Source of the DNA: a virus
Lineage: Duplodnaviria > Caudoviricetes
Reading direction: 5' to 3' (one strand)
DNA: 47,894 nt
IMG/VR virus record: IMGVR_UViG_3300030330_001725
Location: 1 to 47,894 of that record
In this document: in pieces, positions 1 to 8,747 of the stretch
Numbering within the stretch: position 1 is the first letter of the stretch
Layout: each line of letters begins with the position of its first letter
The notes under the pieces: model-generated
Databases searched by the model: none
Seen by the model: the letters and a program-made list of their open reading frames with translations, nothing else
Told to the model about the DNA's origin: nothing
Position numbers and translations under genes: made by a program

Positions 1-2
1 TA

Positions 3-122
3 CATTTGAGTTACAATTGTATATCCAACGAATGAGAATATGTATATAAAACTTGTAATGTAAACAGTATTGAGTATTAGTTCAAATGTTTTGTGTGTAA
101 ATTTTAAGTTATGTTTTTTCAT
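3..122 (-). CDS. Small hypothetical membrane protein, first gene of leftward arm (3' end at or beyond window edge)
   Basis: ATG at 122-120 after A-rich leader; reads MKKHNLKFTHKTFELILNTVYITSFIYIFSFVGYTIVTQM with one hydrophobic segment; not in ORF track. Confidence 0.45.
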   Translation of the reverse strand, partial: MKKHNLKFTHKTFELILNTVYITSFIYIFSFVGYTIVTQM

Positions 123-270
123 AGTTAGTTTATTTAATTATTAATTCGTTTAGTAATATTATCCGACAGTGTACGTAATTAGTTTGTAATGTACATGTAA
201 TGTAAAAAAAATATAGTGTGTAAGTGTAAGAGTAAAAACGTGAAAACATATATAAAAAATAAAAATAAAA

Positions 271-330
271 GGTGGGGCCCGGTAGTAAAAGGTAAATTTC
301 TAGAGGAGGGGGGTGCTGGGGGGAGGGGGG
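271..330 (+). other. G-rich tract with G-quadruplex potential
   Basis: GGGG at 274-277 and three G6 runs at 308-313, 318-323 and 325-330 in an otherwise very AT-rich sequence. Confidence 0.6.
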
Positions 331-367
331 CAACACTTCACTCCAATATTTATAACGTATTTTTTTA

Positions 368-411
368 TGACATTAGCTTATTAAGAAGAATATAGTAACA
401 AGCAAGTGTCA
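368..411. repeat. Imperfect inverted repeat
   Basis: tgacattagctt (368-379) vs aagcaagtgtca (400-411): 10/12 complementary. Confidence 0.5.
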
Positions 412-485
412 CACTTTCGCTTAAATAAATATTTTTCCATGTAACTATGTAAAATAGTTAACTAACAAAAATAAAACATAATATT

Positions 486-977
486 ATGGAAAGAAAAAAA
501 GCGGGCAAAGGCTTTAAACTAAAAGGACACACCTTGCCTGGAATAAATCAAAACATAGAAGGTAAAAATCTAAAAGATGGTAGACACCCTTCGTCTGCTT
601 TTCAACAAAACACTGTATCTCCTGTAAAAAGGATGGGTATCTACGAAGTAGATGATGTTACTGGAGAAAGAAGACAAATATCAAGAGATGATTATTTAAG
701 CCGAGATGAAGGAAGATTTACACTTACAGGTAGAGACGCAGAACAATTAGGTAGTGTTGGCACTACAAGAGAAGATAGAATAAAAACAAACAAAGGTTTA
801 GCAGAGACTTACGGATTTAAAACACCAAGAGGAAGAGTTGCTCAAGGCGAAAAAGCTCAAGCAAGAGCACGTGAATTAGACAACAGAATTCAAGATAAAA
901 TAAATGAAGGCATACCTTTGACAGAAGAAGAGAAAATGTATCAAAGAAGAGCCCAGAGTAATGTTGGGATTAGATAA
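486..977 (+). CDS. Hypothetical basic protein, leader-motif family
   Basis: GFKLKG near N-terminus; SAFQ and SPVK motifs; A-rich start context. Confidence 0.7.
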   Translation: MERKKAGKGFKLKGHTLPGINQNIEGKNLKDGRHPSSAFQQNTVSPVKRMGIYEVDDVTGERRQISRDDYLSRDEGRFTLTGRDAEQLGSVGTTREDRIKTNKGLAETYGFKTPRGRVAQGEKAQARARELDNRIQDKINEGIPLTEEEKMYQRRAQSNVGIR

Positions 978-985
978 CTAATACA

Positions 986-1234
986 ATGGCGTTTAAAATG
1001 CGTAAGCCAAATCCTAAAGGTGATTTAAAAATATCTTTAAACTCTACACAAGGATATAAATCTGATTCACCTGACAAAGATAACGATATAAATGTTATAC
1101 ATAGTAAACGTATAACTATGATAGGCGTACCGCACGACGTGTTAGGCATCGACAACTTGGGAAATAAAAAAGTAATGAAGCCTGGTAAAAACTATGAGTT
1201 TCCAGGTGATATAATAATAGAAACAAAAATATAA
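986..1234 (+). CDS. Small hypothetical protein, MAFKM leader family
   Basis: Starts MAFKMRKPNP; compact C-terminal segment ITMIGV..LGIDNLG..MKPG..YEFPG. Confidence 0.75.
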   Translation: MAFKMRKPNPKGDLKISLNSTQGYKSDSPDKDNDINVIHSKRITMIGVPHDVLGIDNLGNKKVMKPGKNYEFPGDIIIETKI

Positions 1235-1244
1235 AAAATATAAC

Positions 1245-1916
1245 ATGGGATTTAAAATGAAAGGCAACCCTTTTAAATTGGGTAGAGTAGCAACAAAGTC
1301 TGGCATGCAAATGGCTAAAAGAGCTATGAAAATGAAGTCTAAGTCTCCAATGACAAGACTCGACTATGAGTACGATGGTGAGATAATAGATAAAGTTACT
1401 TATGATCAAAAAATGGATGAAGCTCAAGTGCTTGCGGATTTAGCAAGAGGTGGTACTGGAGTTCGTGATGAAGAAGGTGATTTTATGGAGACATTAACTA
1501 TATACAGCGACGAAGATCAAGCAATAATAAAATCATTTTTTCCTGACTTTATGACAGAAGAAGAATTTAACAAAGCTAATCCAAATGCAAAAAGACCTAA
1601 CCCAAACACAACGGCTTATGCAGAGTATTTTAAACCATTTGCAGAAAAATTAAAAGTAGAGGCTAAAAAACAATTACAAGACAAGTACGCTCCAAGAGAA
1701 GGAAGTAAAGTTATTGTTGGAGACGTTGGATTTTCAGATAAGCTAAAAGCTACAGGACAAGACTTTATAGATGAATTATATCAAGAATTCAAGAAGAGTG
1801 GACCGAGTGAAAATGCAGATGGCAGTAAGATAACTTTTCAACAATACATAGATAATGCGGGGCTGAGAGAACAGTATCAAAAAGCTGTTAGAGAAAGAAA
1901 CGCTGATAAACAATAA
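1245..1916 (+). CDS. Hypothetical protein, MGFKMKG leader family
   Basis: Basic leader MGFKMKGNPF...KSPMT followed by an acidic body. Confidence 0.8.
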   Translation: MGFKMKGNPFKLGRVATKSGMQMAKRAMKMKSKSPMTRLDYEYDGEIIDKVTYDQKMDEAQVLADLARGGTGVRDEEGDFMETLTIYSDEDQAIIKSFFPDFMTEEEFNKANPNAKRPNPNTTAYAEYFKPFAEKLKVEAKKQLQDKYAPREGSKVIVGDVGFSDKLKATGQDFIDELYQEFKKSGPSENADGSKITFQQYIDNAGLREQYQKAVRERNADKQ

Positions 1917-1945
1917 AAAACAAACTTTAAAATAAAAATAAAACA

Positions 1946-2776
1946 ATGGCATTTAAAATGAAAGGTAACCCATACAAAATGGGTAAAATGGCAACTAAGT
2001 CAACTATGAAGATGGCTAAAGAAGCTATGAAAATGAAAAAAGAAGCTATGGCTAAAATGAAGAAAGAGTCTATGGCTAAATTAAAAGACGAATCAGCTAT
2101 GAAATTAAAGACTTCTTACAAAATGAAAGAAGCTATGGCTAAAATGAAAGACAAGTCTGCGATGAAAGCAAAAGGTGAAGACGCTGTAGGACCAAAAGGA
2201 TCTGCTACTATACCGTCTCATATAAGAGAAGTTTATCCTAAATTAACAAATGAAGCTTACAATAAAGACAAGTCTTTTTACGACAAAGCTTCTCGAGCAG
2301 TAATAGCGAATAAACAAAAACAATCTCCTAAAAAAATGAAGAAAGAAGAAGCAATGAAGATGAAGAAAGGCGAGCCTATGAAGCAAGCTAAACCAGACTT
2401 TCCAGATATTGACGGCGACGGAAATACTAAAGAGTCTATGAAGCAAGCTGCAGCTGACAAAAAGTCTATGGCTAAAATGAAGAAAAAAGAGCCTATGACT
2501 ATGAAAAAAGAGGCTATGAAGATGAAGAAAGGTGAAGCGATGAAAATGAAGAAAGGTGAGGCGATGAAGATGAAGAAGGAAGCTATGAAGATGAAGAAAG
2601 ATCCAGCTATGAAGATGAAGAAAGAATCTATGGCTAAGCAAACAGCTAAGCAAAAAGAAAAGCTACCTGCTGGCTTAGTTAAAGAAATAGCTAAGAGATA
2701 TGGTAAATCGGAAACTGCGACTGCTAAAGAACGTGTAAAAGCTGAAGGTTCTAAAGTTGCAGGTATAAAAAAATAA
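1946..2776 (+). CDS. Met/Lys-rich low-complexity basic protein with MAFKMKG leader and EF-hand-like loop
   Basis: Many (E/G)AMKMKK repeats; DIDGDGNTKE DxDxDG motif. Confidence 0.8.
   Translation: MAFKMKGNPYKMGKMATKSTMKMAKEAMKMKKEAMAKMKKESMAKLKDESAMKLKTSYKMKEAMAKMKDKSAMKAKGEDAVGPKGSATIPSHIREVYPKLTNEAYNKDKSFYDKASRAVIANKQKQSPKKMKKEEAMKMKKGEPMKQAKPDFPDIDGDGNTKESMKQAAADKKSMAKMKKKEPMTMKKEAMKMKKGEAMKMKKGEAMKMKKEAMKMKKDPAMKMKKESMAKQTAKQKEKLPAGLVKEIAKRYGKSETATAKERVKAEGSKVAGIKK
2500..2640 (+). repeat. Degenerate coding tandem repeat (21-24 bp units encoding (G)EAMKMKK)
   Basis: e.g. aaaggtgaagcgatgaaaatgaag / aaaggtgaggcgatgaagatgaag. Confidence 0.75.
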
Positions 2777-2801
2777 ATTATTAACCAAAAATAAAACCAA
2801 A

Positions 2802-3092
2802 ATGACCTATTTGTATTACAAGACCAGTACACTAACTGGCAACCAAAAACCTAATGAAAAAACTATTAACCAGTGGAAACACCTGTCAGATAAGAAAAAC
2901 TGGAGGATAACACAGCTAGCTAATGGTTATTATCAAACTGAAGTATCTGAGCCAGAAACTAATAACTGGCATGCAGTGACTAGAAGAGAAACAATAGAAG
3001 GTGCCGAGGCTGCTATTGAAGGTAGCATCGAGCACTTTTCTAAAAAACTAGAATCTGTAAAAGGACCTAAAGTAGTAAAAACATTTGAGTAG
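2802..3092 (+). CDS. Hypothetical protein upstream of groEL
   Basis: 96 aa ORF with A-rich start; co-oriented with the block. Confidence 0.75.
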   Translation: MTYLYYKTSTLTGNQKPNEKTINQWKHLSDKKNWRITQLANGYYQTEVSEPETNNWHAVTRRETIEGAEAAIEGSIEHFSKKLESVKGPKVVKTFE

Positions 3093-3114
3093 TAACTAAA
3101 TTAAATTAAATTAA

Positions 3115-4680
3115 ATGGAATACAATCAACCTAGCGATATTGTCAAAGATTTAAACTTTGGCAATGATGCTACATCAAGAGTTATAGCTGGTGTAAGTAA
3201 ACTAGCTAAAGCCGTAAAGTCCACACTAGGCGCTTCTGGTAAGTGCGTAATATACGAAGATGGACGCGGCAAACCGGTAATCACAAAAGACGGAGTAACA
3301 GTTGCAGAATCTGTTGTCTTGTTTGATCCGGTTGAAAATATGGGGGCTACACTTATTAAAGAAGCAGCAAGAAATACTGTAAAAGAAGCTGGTGATGGTA
3401 CAACAACTGCCACAGTTCTTGCTGAAGCTCTTATAAGCAACATTAATCATGAGAAAAAACACGGCGCTTCTACTAGAAAAATAAAAGAAGGAGTGTCTTC
3501 TGGTTTAAAAAAAGTAAATGAATATCTTGATAATGTTAAAATAGAGGTAAAAAACGACATGCTAGACAATGTAGCTGCTATTAGTTGTAATAACGACGAA
3601 AAATTAGGTGCTATTATCGCTGACGCTTATAAAAAAGTTGGTAAAGACGGTGTTGTTTTGATGGAAACTTCAGAAACAGAAGATACTTACGTAGAAATTG
3701 TTGATGGAGTTCAAGTAGACTGTGGTTTAACATCGCCTCATTTTATAACAGACAAAGAAAAACAAAGATGTGTGCTTGATAATCCAGTAGTTTTAATCGT
3801 AGCATCAGAAATACCTAACATTAGAAAGATACAAAACGTATTAGAGTTTGTTATAAAGAACAATAGATCGCTTTTAATCGTGGCTCAAGTGTCGCAACAG
3901 GTTAAATCAGCGCTTTTAATGAACAAGGTAAAAGGAAATATTAAAGTAAATATTATAGACTTACCAGGCTTTGGTCCTACTAAACAAGATACTATAAAAG
4001 ATCTAGCAATTTTAACTAATGCCATTGTTATAAATGAAGAGCTAGGTGATGATTTAGACGGAATATCGTTAGATGTTTTAGGAGAAGCTGAAAAATCTGT
4101 TACAGATGATAAAAACACGGTTATTACAACACTTGAAAATACCGAAGATGTTACTAAAAGAATTGAAGAGGTTAAAAAACTCCAGGAAAAAGAAAAAAAC
4201 TCTTTCATCAAAAAGAAAATATCCCAAAGAATAGCTATGTTATCTGGTACTGTAGGTATAATTAAAGTCGGTGCTAACTCAAAAGTAGAGTTAAAAGAAA
4301 AGAAAGATAGAGTTGAAGATGCTATATATGCTACTAAAGCAGCGTTAAAAGAAGGTATTGTACCTGGTGGAGGTATAGCACTACTGAATGCATCAGAGAG
4401 AATACCGTTTGAAAATATAGGTGAACAAATATTATTAAATGCCATTACATCACCTTATGAAACTATATTATCTAACGCTGGTATAGACAAAGTCGAAGAG
4501 CTAGCTGAAGGTAACGGTATAAATGTTGTGACAGGTAAAGAAGTTGATATGGTAAAGTCTGGAATAATAGATCCTGTACTTGTTACTAAGACAGCACTTA
4601 AAAATGCTGTTTCTGTAGTGACTACTATTATATCAGCTGATTGTGTAATTTCAAACATGCGTATAGATGAAGGCAGTTAA
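3115..4680 (+). CDS. groEL: Phage-encoded group I chaperonin GroEL
   Basis: ITKDGVTVA, AGDGTTTATVLA, KDRVEDA..ATKAA, EGIVPGGG and GIIDP motifs; 521 aa; no GGM tail. Confidence 0.97.
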   Translation: MEYNQPSDIVKDLNFGNDATSRVIAGVSKLAKAVKSTLGASGKCVIYEDGRGKPVITKDGVTVAESVVLFDPVENMGATLIKEAARNTVKEAGDGTTTATVLAEALISNINHEKKHGASTRKIKEGVSSGLKKVNEYLDNVKIEVKNDMLDNVAAISCNNDEKLGAIIADAYKKVGKDGVVLMETSETEDTYVEIVDGVQVDCGLTSPHFITDKEKQRCVLDNPVVLIVASEIPNIRKIQNVLEFVIKNNRSLLIVAQVSQQVKSALLMNKVKGNIKVNIIDLPGFGPTKQDTIKDLAILTNAIVINEELGDDLDGISLDVLGEAEKSVTDDKNTVITTLENTEDVTKRIEEVKKLQEKEKNSFIKKKISQRIAMLSGTVGIIKVGANSKVELKEKKDRVEDAIYATKAALKEGIVPGGGIALLNASERIPFENIGEQILLNAITSPYETILSNAGIDKVEELAEGNGINVVTGKEVDMVKSGIIDPVLVTKTALKNAVSVVTTIISADCVISNMRIDEGS

Positions 4681-4924
4681 CCATTACATAATTATAGAAC
4701 AAATAAAAGATGAGCCTAAAAAAGTAGCTGGTTTGATTCTAACAGAAAATGTAGATGATGACAATAGGTACTTAAAAGCAAAAGTTATTTCAATAGGTAA
4801 CTTAGTAGAAGGTATAAATGAAAAAGACGTTGTATACTTTGATAAACACGCAGGCCACGGTATACAACACAAAGATAAATTTTACCACGTTATAAAACAA
4901 ATGGACGTGGTTTTAATAGACTAA
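4667..4924 (+). CDS. groES: Co-chaperonin GroES
   Basis: 85 aa; AGLIL mobile loop, KAKVISIG, DVVYFDKHAG; overlaps groEL stop. Confidence 0.9.
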   Translation: MKAVNHYIIIEQIKDEPKKVAGLILTENVDDDNRYLKAKVISIGNLVEGINEKDVVYFDKHAGHGIQHKDKFYHVIKQMDVVLID

Positions 4925-4925
4925 T

Positions 4926-5321
4926 ATGGAAAAGTATTTATATTTTAGAACAGAAGCTACAGATGCTAATGATGACGCTACAGGTGATTCAGCTTTATTT
5001 CCAGCATCTTCACTAATGGGTATGCAACCTACTAGTGATACTGCTTTAACTTTATACTTTAAACCTATGGTACGTAGAGATCCAACTGGTTCGGTTGACA
5101 GTGCTAATAGCTTAGACAATCACGACTCAGTTGTAGTTACAATACCAGCTAACACACACATAATAGCTATGAGAGCTATATCAGAGATTATAAATAAAAC
5201 AGAGTCATCTGCATTTGTAGTTATAGCAAATAATGACTCAGGTGGTACAGAATATTTATCGGGTTCAGGTATTACAGCTTGCGGTACAATAACAGTTGCA
5301 GCTGCTTACGCTAACTCGTAA
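4926..5321 (+). CDS. Hypothetical acidic protein, paralog 1 (possible virion decoration protein)
   Basis: YLYFRTE...CGTITVAAAY; clearly paralogous to 5400-5810. Confidence 0.7.
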   Translation: MEKYLYFRTEATDANDDATGDSALFPASSLMGMQPTSDTALTLYFKPMVRRDPTGSVDSANSLDNHDSVVVTIPANTHIIAMRAISEIINKTESSAFVVIANNDSGGTEYLSGSGITACGTITVAAAYANS

Positions 5322-5399
5322 TTAGACCTAAACCTTAAACCAAAACCCTAAAACTCAAAAACGACAATTAACCTAATTATTAACAAAAAAATTAAAAAA

Positions 5400-5810
5400 A
5401 TGAAAAATTTTTTGTATTTTAGAACAGAGTCTGCTGTTGCTGATGACGACGGCTCAGGAAACTCAGTATTATTTCCAGCGGATAGTTTAGTGGGAGCTGA
5501 AATGGCTAGTGATACTTCTTTAGTATTAAGCTTTCAAAACTCAAAAAGACCTAGTGGTCACGGTAATAGCTTGGTTTTAGACAACGCTGCTAACTTACCT
5601 TTAGTTGATACTGTAGCTCTTACTATTACAGCTAACAAAGGTAAAGAAGTATTAGAAGCTATTGTTGGAGCTATGAATGCTGGAATGAACTCTGGTTTCA
5701 TTGTAGTTGCTGATGATGCTGCTGATTCTGCTGGAGGTACTCAGTATATATCTTCTGACATTGCGTCTTGTGGTACAATCACAATCAACGCTGCTTATGT
5801 TAATGCTTAA
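5400..5810 (+). CDS. Hypothetical acidic protein, paralog 2 (possible virion decoration protein)
   Basis: FLYFRTE...CGTITINAAY; paralog of 4926-5321. Confidence 0.7.
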   Translation: MKNFLYFRTESAVADDDGSGNSVLFPADSLVGAEMASDTSLVLSFQNSKRPSGHGNSLVLDNAANLPLVDTVALTITANKGKEVLEAIVGAMNAGMNSGFIVVADDAADSAGGTQYISSDIASCGTITINAAYVNA

Positions 5811-5816
5811 TAAAAA

Positions 5817-6257
5817 TTGAGATTAACAGCGCAGGATCTGCGTGAAATGAATATCCTTAAGTATTACAGGCTCACAAGAAAGTGGGCTTGTAAGACTTAC
5901 GGATTAACAGATGCAGATTTAGAATTATTAATTTACTTAGATTGTAAAAAAAGATTTACACGACAAGAGTTTATAGATGGTACTTATACCATGAGCTGGG
6001 ATAAAAACCGGTGGGAAAAACTAAGAAGAGAAGGTTGGATAGAAACTTGGAGACACAGAAACAGAACTACAATAAAGTACTCAGTGTTTAAAACCTCGTT
6101 CAAATGTTCTCAATTAATAAGTAGAATATACAGAATACTACTTGGCGAAGAAGATTTACCTACTTCAGAGAGAAGTAAGTTTTATAATAACAAATCATAT
6201 ACAGATAAAGTTTATAATAAAGCTATAGATGATATGATAAAAGATAAAGAAAGATAA
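5817..6257 (+). CDS. Putative winged-helix (MarR-like) DNA-binding protein
   Basis: GLTDADLELLIYL...FTRQEF...KLRREGWI pattern resembles a wHTH; TTG start. Confidence 0.5.
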   Translation: MRLTAQDLREMNILKYYRLTRKWACKTYGLTDADLELLIYLDCKKRFTRQEFIDGTYTMSWDKNRWEKLRREGWIETWRHRNRTTIKYSVFKTSFKCSQLISRIYRILLGEEDLPTSERSKFYNNKSYTDKVYNKAIDDMIKDKER

Positions 6258-6258
6258 T

Positions 6259-6735
6259 ATGGCATTTAAAATGAAAGGCTTTCCAACGCATAGCGTGTCT
6301 GCGTTAAAAAAGAAAAACACAATAAAAGAAAATAAATTTGATGTAGACAAGTTAGCTGACGCAGACGATCAAAGATTTTTAGATAGACAAAGAGAAGAAA
6401 GAGTTAAATACTCTGAACTAGACGCTAAAGGTAAAGCTATTTACAATAAAAATAGACAAAAATCAGGTTTAGCTCCATTAAAAAGAGATAGAACACCAGG
6501 GTCACAAAATCCTAATTTTCCAGACGTAGTGTATACTATAGATGGTAAAGCAGTTAAAAGTATTAATATCGATGAAGAAGGGTTAGATTTAAGACCTAGT
6601 ATAGGACCAAAAGGCAAGTTTGTTAATTATACTGAAAACGGTAAAAAAATAAAGTACTATTATAAAAATCCTAAAAAATCACCAGATCAAGCTAAGTTTA
6701 GTGATTTAGAAAAGTTTGATGAAGACAAAGGTTAA
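6259..6735 (+). CDS. Hypothetical basic protein, MAFKMKG leader family
   Basis: Starts MAFKMKGFP..VSALKK. Confidence 0.8.
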   Translation: MAFKMKGFPTHSVSALKKKNTIKENKFDVDKLADADDQRFLDRQREERVKYSELDAKGKAIYNKNRQKSGLAPLKRDRTPGSQNPNFPDVVYTIDGKAVKSINIDEEGLDLRPSIGPKGKFVNYTENGKKIKYYYKNPKKSPDQAKFSDLEKFDEDKG

Positions 6736-6738
6736 GAT

Positions 6739-7227
6739 ATGGGATTTAAAATGAAAGGGCCTAGCCTATACAGAAATAAATCAGCGTTTACAGCTAAAAA
6801 GAAAAAAGTTAGTCCAAACTTTGATAAAAATTTTACTTCATTGTCTGAATCAAAAAGTCCTGTTTTTAGAAAGAGTTTAGACGAAGGAGTTTTAGGTGAA
6901 GCAAATAATGATGGTACTATATTTGTAGATAAAAGCGTACCAAAAAATAGCCCACTAGAAGCAGAAGTTGTAGCGCACGAGCAAAAACATATCGATGATA
7001 TGAAAGCTAAAATTAAAGTACCTGGTAAAAAGAACAAAGTTAAAAAACTAGATTATGGAGATAACTTTGTAATTTATAGAGGTAAAAAATTAAAAAGAAA
7101 AGATGGTATGATAGAACATCCAAAAACTGGAGAAATGAAACCAGAAGGAGATACTAGCTTTCCATGGGAACAAGCTGCTTATAGAGCAGGTAATAAAGCA
7201 AGAAAAGAAGCAGAAAAAAAGATATGA
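6739..7227 (+). CDS. Putative zincin metalloprotease (HExxH) with MGFKMKG leader
   Basis: VLGEANNDGTIFV strand, EVVAHEQKH zinc motif, downstream FPWEQAAY (candidate third ligand E). Confidence 0.65.
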   Translation: MGFKMKGPSLYRNKSAFTAKKKKVSPNFDKNFTSLSESKSPVFRKSLDEGVLGEANNDGTIFVDKSVPKNSPLEAEVVAHEQKHIDDMKAKIKVPGKKNKVKKLDYGDNFVIYRGKKLKRKDGMIEHPKTGEMKPEGDTSFPWEQAAYRAGNKARKEAEKKI

Positions 7228-7616
7228 GTATATTAGGTAAAATATTTTCAAGTGGAGCTAATGAATTAGTAAAAGGTGTAGGTGGTGTAATAGACGAACT
7301 ACACACTTCAAAAGAAGAGAAGCTTGAAGCAGAAAGAAAAATAAAAGATATGATAATGGGTTACGAAGCTAATATGCAACAGCAAGTAACTAAAAGATGG
7401 AAGGTTGATATGGCCTCTGATTCTTGGTTATCAAAAAACATAAGACCTTTAGTTCTTATATTTCTAGTAGTATCAACAGTGTTAATGATATTTATCGATG
7501 CTGGTGTTATTGCTTTTGAAGTAAAAGACACTTGGGTAGACTTATTACAATTAGTATTAATAACAGTGATCGGTGCTTATTTTGGCGGTAGATCACTAGA
7601 AAAAGTAAAAAAATAA
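7224..7616 (+). CDS. Putative holin (GTA 3TM-holin-like)
   Basis: DSWLSKNIRP followed by two TM helices and YFGGRSLEK tail typical of this family. Confidence 0.7.
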   Translation: MSILGKIFSSGANELVKGVGGVIDELHTSKEEKLEAERKIKDMIMGYEANMQQQVTKRWKVDMASDSWLSKNIRPLVLIFLVVSTVLMIFIDAGVIAFEVKDTWVDLLQLVLITVIGAYFGGRSLEKVKK

Positions 7617-7619
7617 ATT

Positions 7620-7991
7620 ATGGCATTTAAAGATCCAACAGATTACGCATTTGGTCAATTAGGTAGTATACACGTAAGAGGTACAAACGCGGTAACATTA
7701 ATTGGCGGAGATGATACTAACGCTACACCAGCTGGTAATACTAACCGTATAACAAAAGTTTTTGTAGCAATAACGTTTTTAGAAGATACTACTTTTAACA
7801 CTGGAGCTTCTGGTTTAACGCCAGCAGACGCACAAAACTTTCCTAGTTCAGACGGGGCTAGTACAGATATAGATGCTGATGGAGGTGTCGCAGTAGATGG
7901 TGAAACTTTTCCAAAAGGTGTTACTATATACGGTAGATGGACAGGCTTTCAATTAGCTAGTGGAGGTGTAATAGCTTACGTAGGTATATAA
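7620..7991 (+). CDS. Small putative virion structural protein
   Basis: G/T/A/D-rich beta-type composition, FPKGVTIYGRWT; starts MAFK. Confidence 0.55.
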   Translation: MAFKDPTDYAFGQLGSIHVRGTNAVTLIGGDDTNATPAGNTNRITKVFVAITFLEDTTFNTGASGLTPADAQNFPSSDGASTDIDADGGVAVDGETFPKGVTIYGRWTGFQLASGGVIAYVGI

Positions 7992-8746
7992 TGATAGGTT
8001 TAGGAGCTGGATCATCACCAGTTGTATCAGATATGGCTAATCAAACTTTTTATACTTTTGATGGCACAGATCAACAAATAATACCACACGCAGATGTAGT
8101 AACTAATATTGCTAACGCAGTAACTTCTGAAGGAGTTGAATTTAGTATATCTGCTTGGTTTAAAATAAACACTGTAAGTGCGTCTAGAGTTTTATTTAAG
8201 CTTTTTAGAAACGGAGTCTCAACTGATCAACTTTTACTAATATATCATGCTTCTGGAAACGAAATGAGATTTAGTAGTAAATTTAATAATGTAAATGATC
8301 TTTGTCAACAAGGAACTAATAGCATGGAAGGCGATGGTAATTGGCACCATGTAATTGGCACTTGTAGTTCAACAGATAATACAACAGAACTTTGGATTGA
8401 CGGTAGTAAAGTAGATGACAATACAACAGGCGTTGGAACGCCAAGCGTTACATTTGACACAGTGGCAATATGCACTAACGGCGCGGGTGGTGGTTTTTGG
8501 GATGGTAGTGTTGATTCGTTGGCCGTTTATACTAGACAATTACAAGATACTGAAATAGCTAAAATATATGAAGCTGGAGTAGGAGGTTTAGATCTAGTAA
8601 GTGCTGCTCATGTAGATCCTACAGGTTTAGTGCTATTACATAGATTTGAAGAAAAATCAGGTACAGTTTGTATAAATGAAGTAGGCCAAAACTCTACTTA
8701 TAGAAACTCACCAACAGTAGTTCAACATAACGGAGCATTTAGTTAA
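7991..8746 (+). CDS. LamG/concanavalin A-like lectin domain protein (fibre or head appendage)
   Basis: FDG, FSISAWFK, DGNWHHVIGT, LWIDG, FWDGSVDSLAVYTRQL..EI..IY. Confidence 0.85.
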   Translation: MIGLGAGSSPVVSDMANQTFYTFDGTDQQIIPHADVVTNIANAVTSEGVEFSISAWFKINTVSASRVLFKLFRNGVSTDQLLLIYHASGNEMRFSSKFNNVNDLCQQGTNSMEGDGNWHHVIGTCSSTDNTTELWIDGSKVDDNTTGVGTPSVTFDTVAICTNGAGGGFWDGSVDSLAVYTRQLQDTEIAKIYEAGVGGLDLVSAAHVDPTGLVLLHRFEEKSGTVCINEVGQNSTYRNSPTVVQHNGAFS

Positions 8747-8747
8747 T

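Larger units (their letters stand above)
123..485. promoter_or_regulatory. Divergent non-coding control region (possible promoters, origin or packaging site)
   Basis: Only long intergenic gap in the window; lies between leftward ORF at 122 and rightward block at 486; contains G tracts and an inverted repeat. Confidence 0.55.

Noticed and set aside
130-336. 68-aa minus-strand ORF over the G tract
   Set aside because: Poly-Pro start is simply the complement of the G runs; non-ATG start and low-complexity composition, so likely non-coding
2500-2640. CRISPR-like or non-coding repeat array
   Set aside because: Repeats are in-frame, vary at synonymous positions and have no unique spacers; the same applies to 40988-42010
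5327-5361. Telomere-like CCCTAAA repeat
   Set aside because: Only one exact unit among degenerate copies and internal to an operon; kept only as a low-complexity spacer
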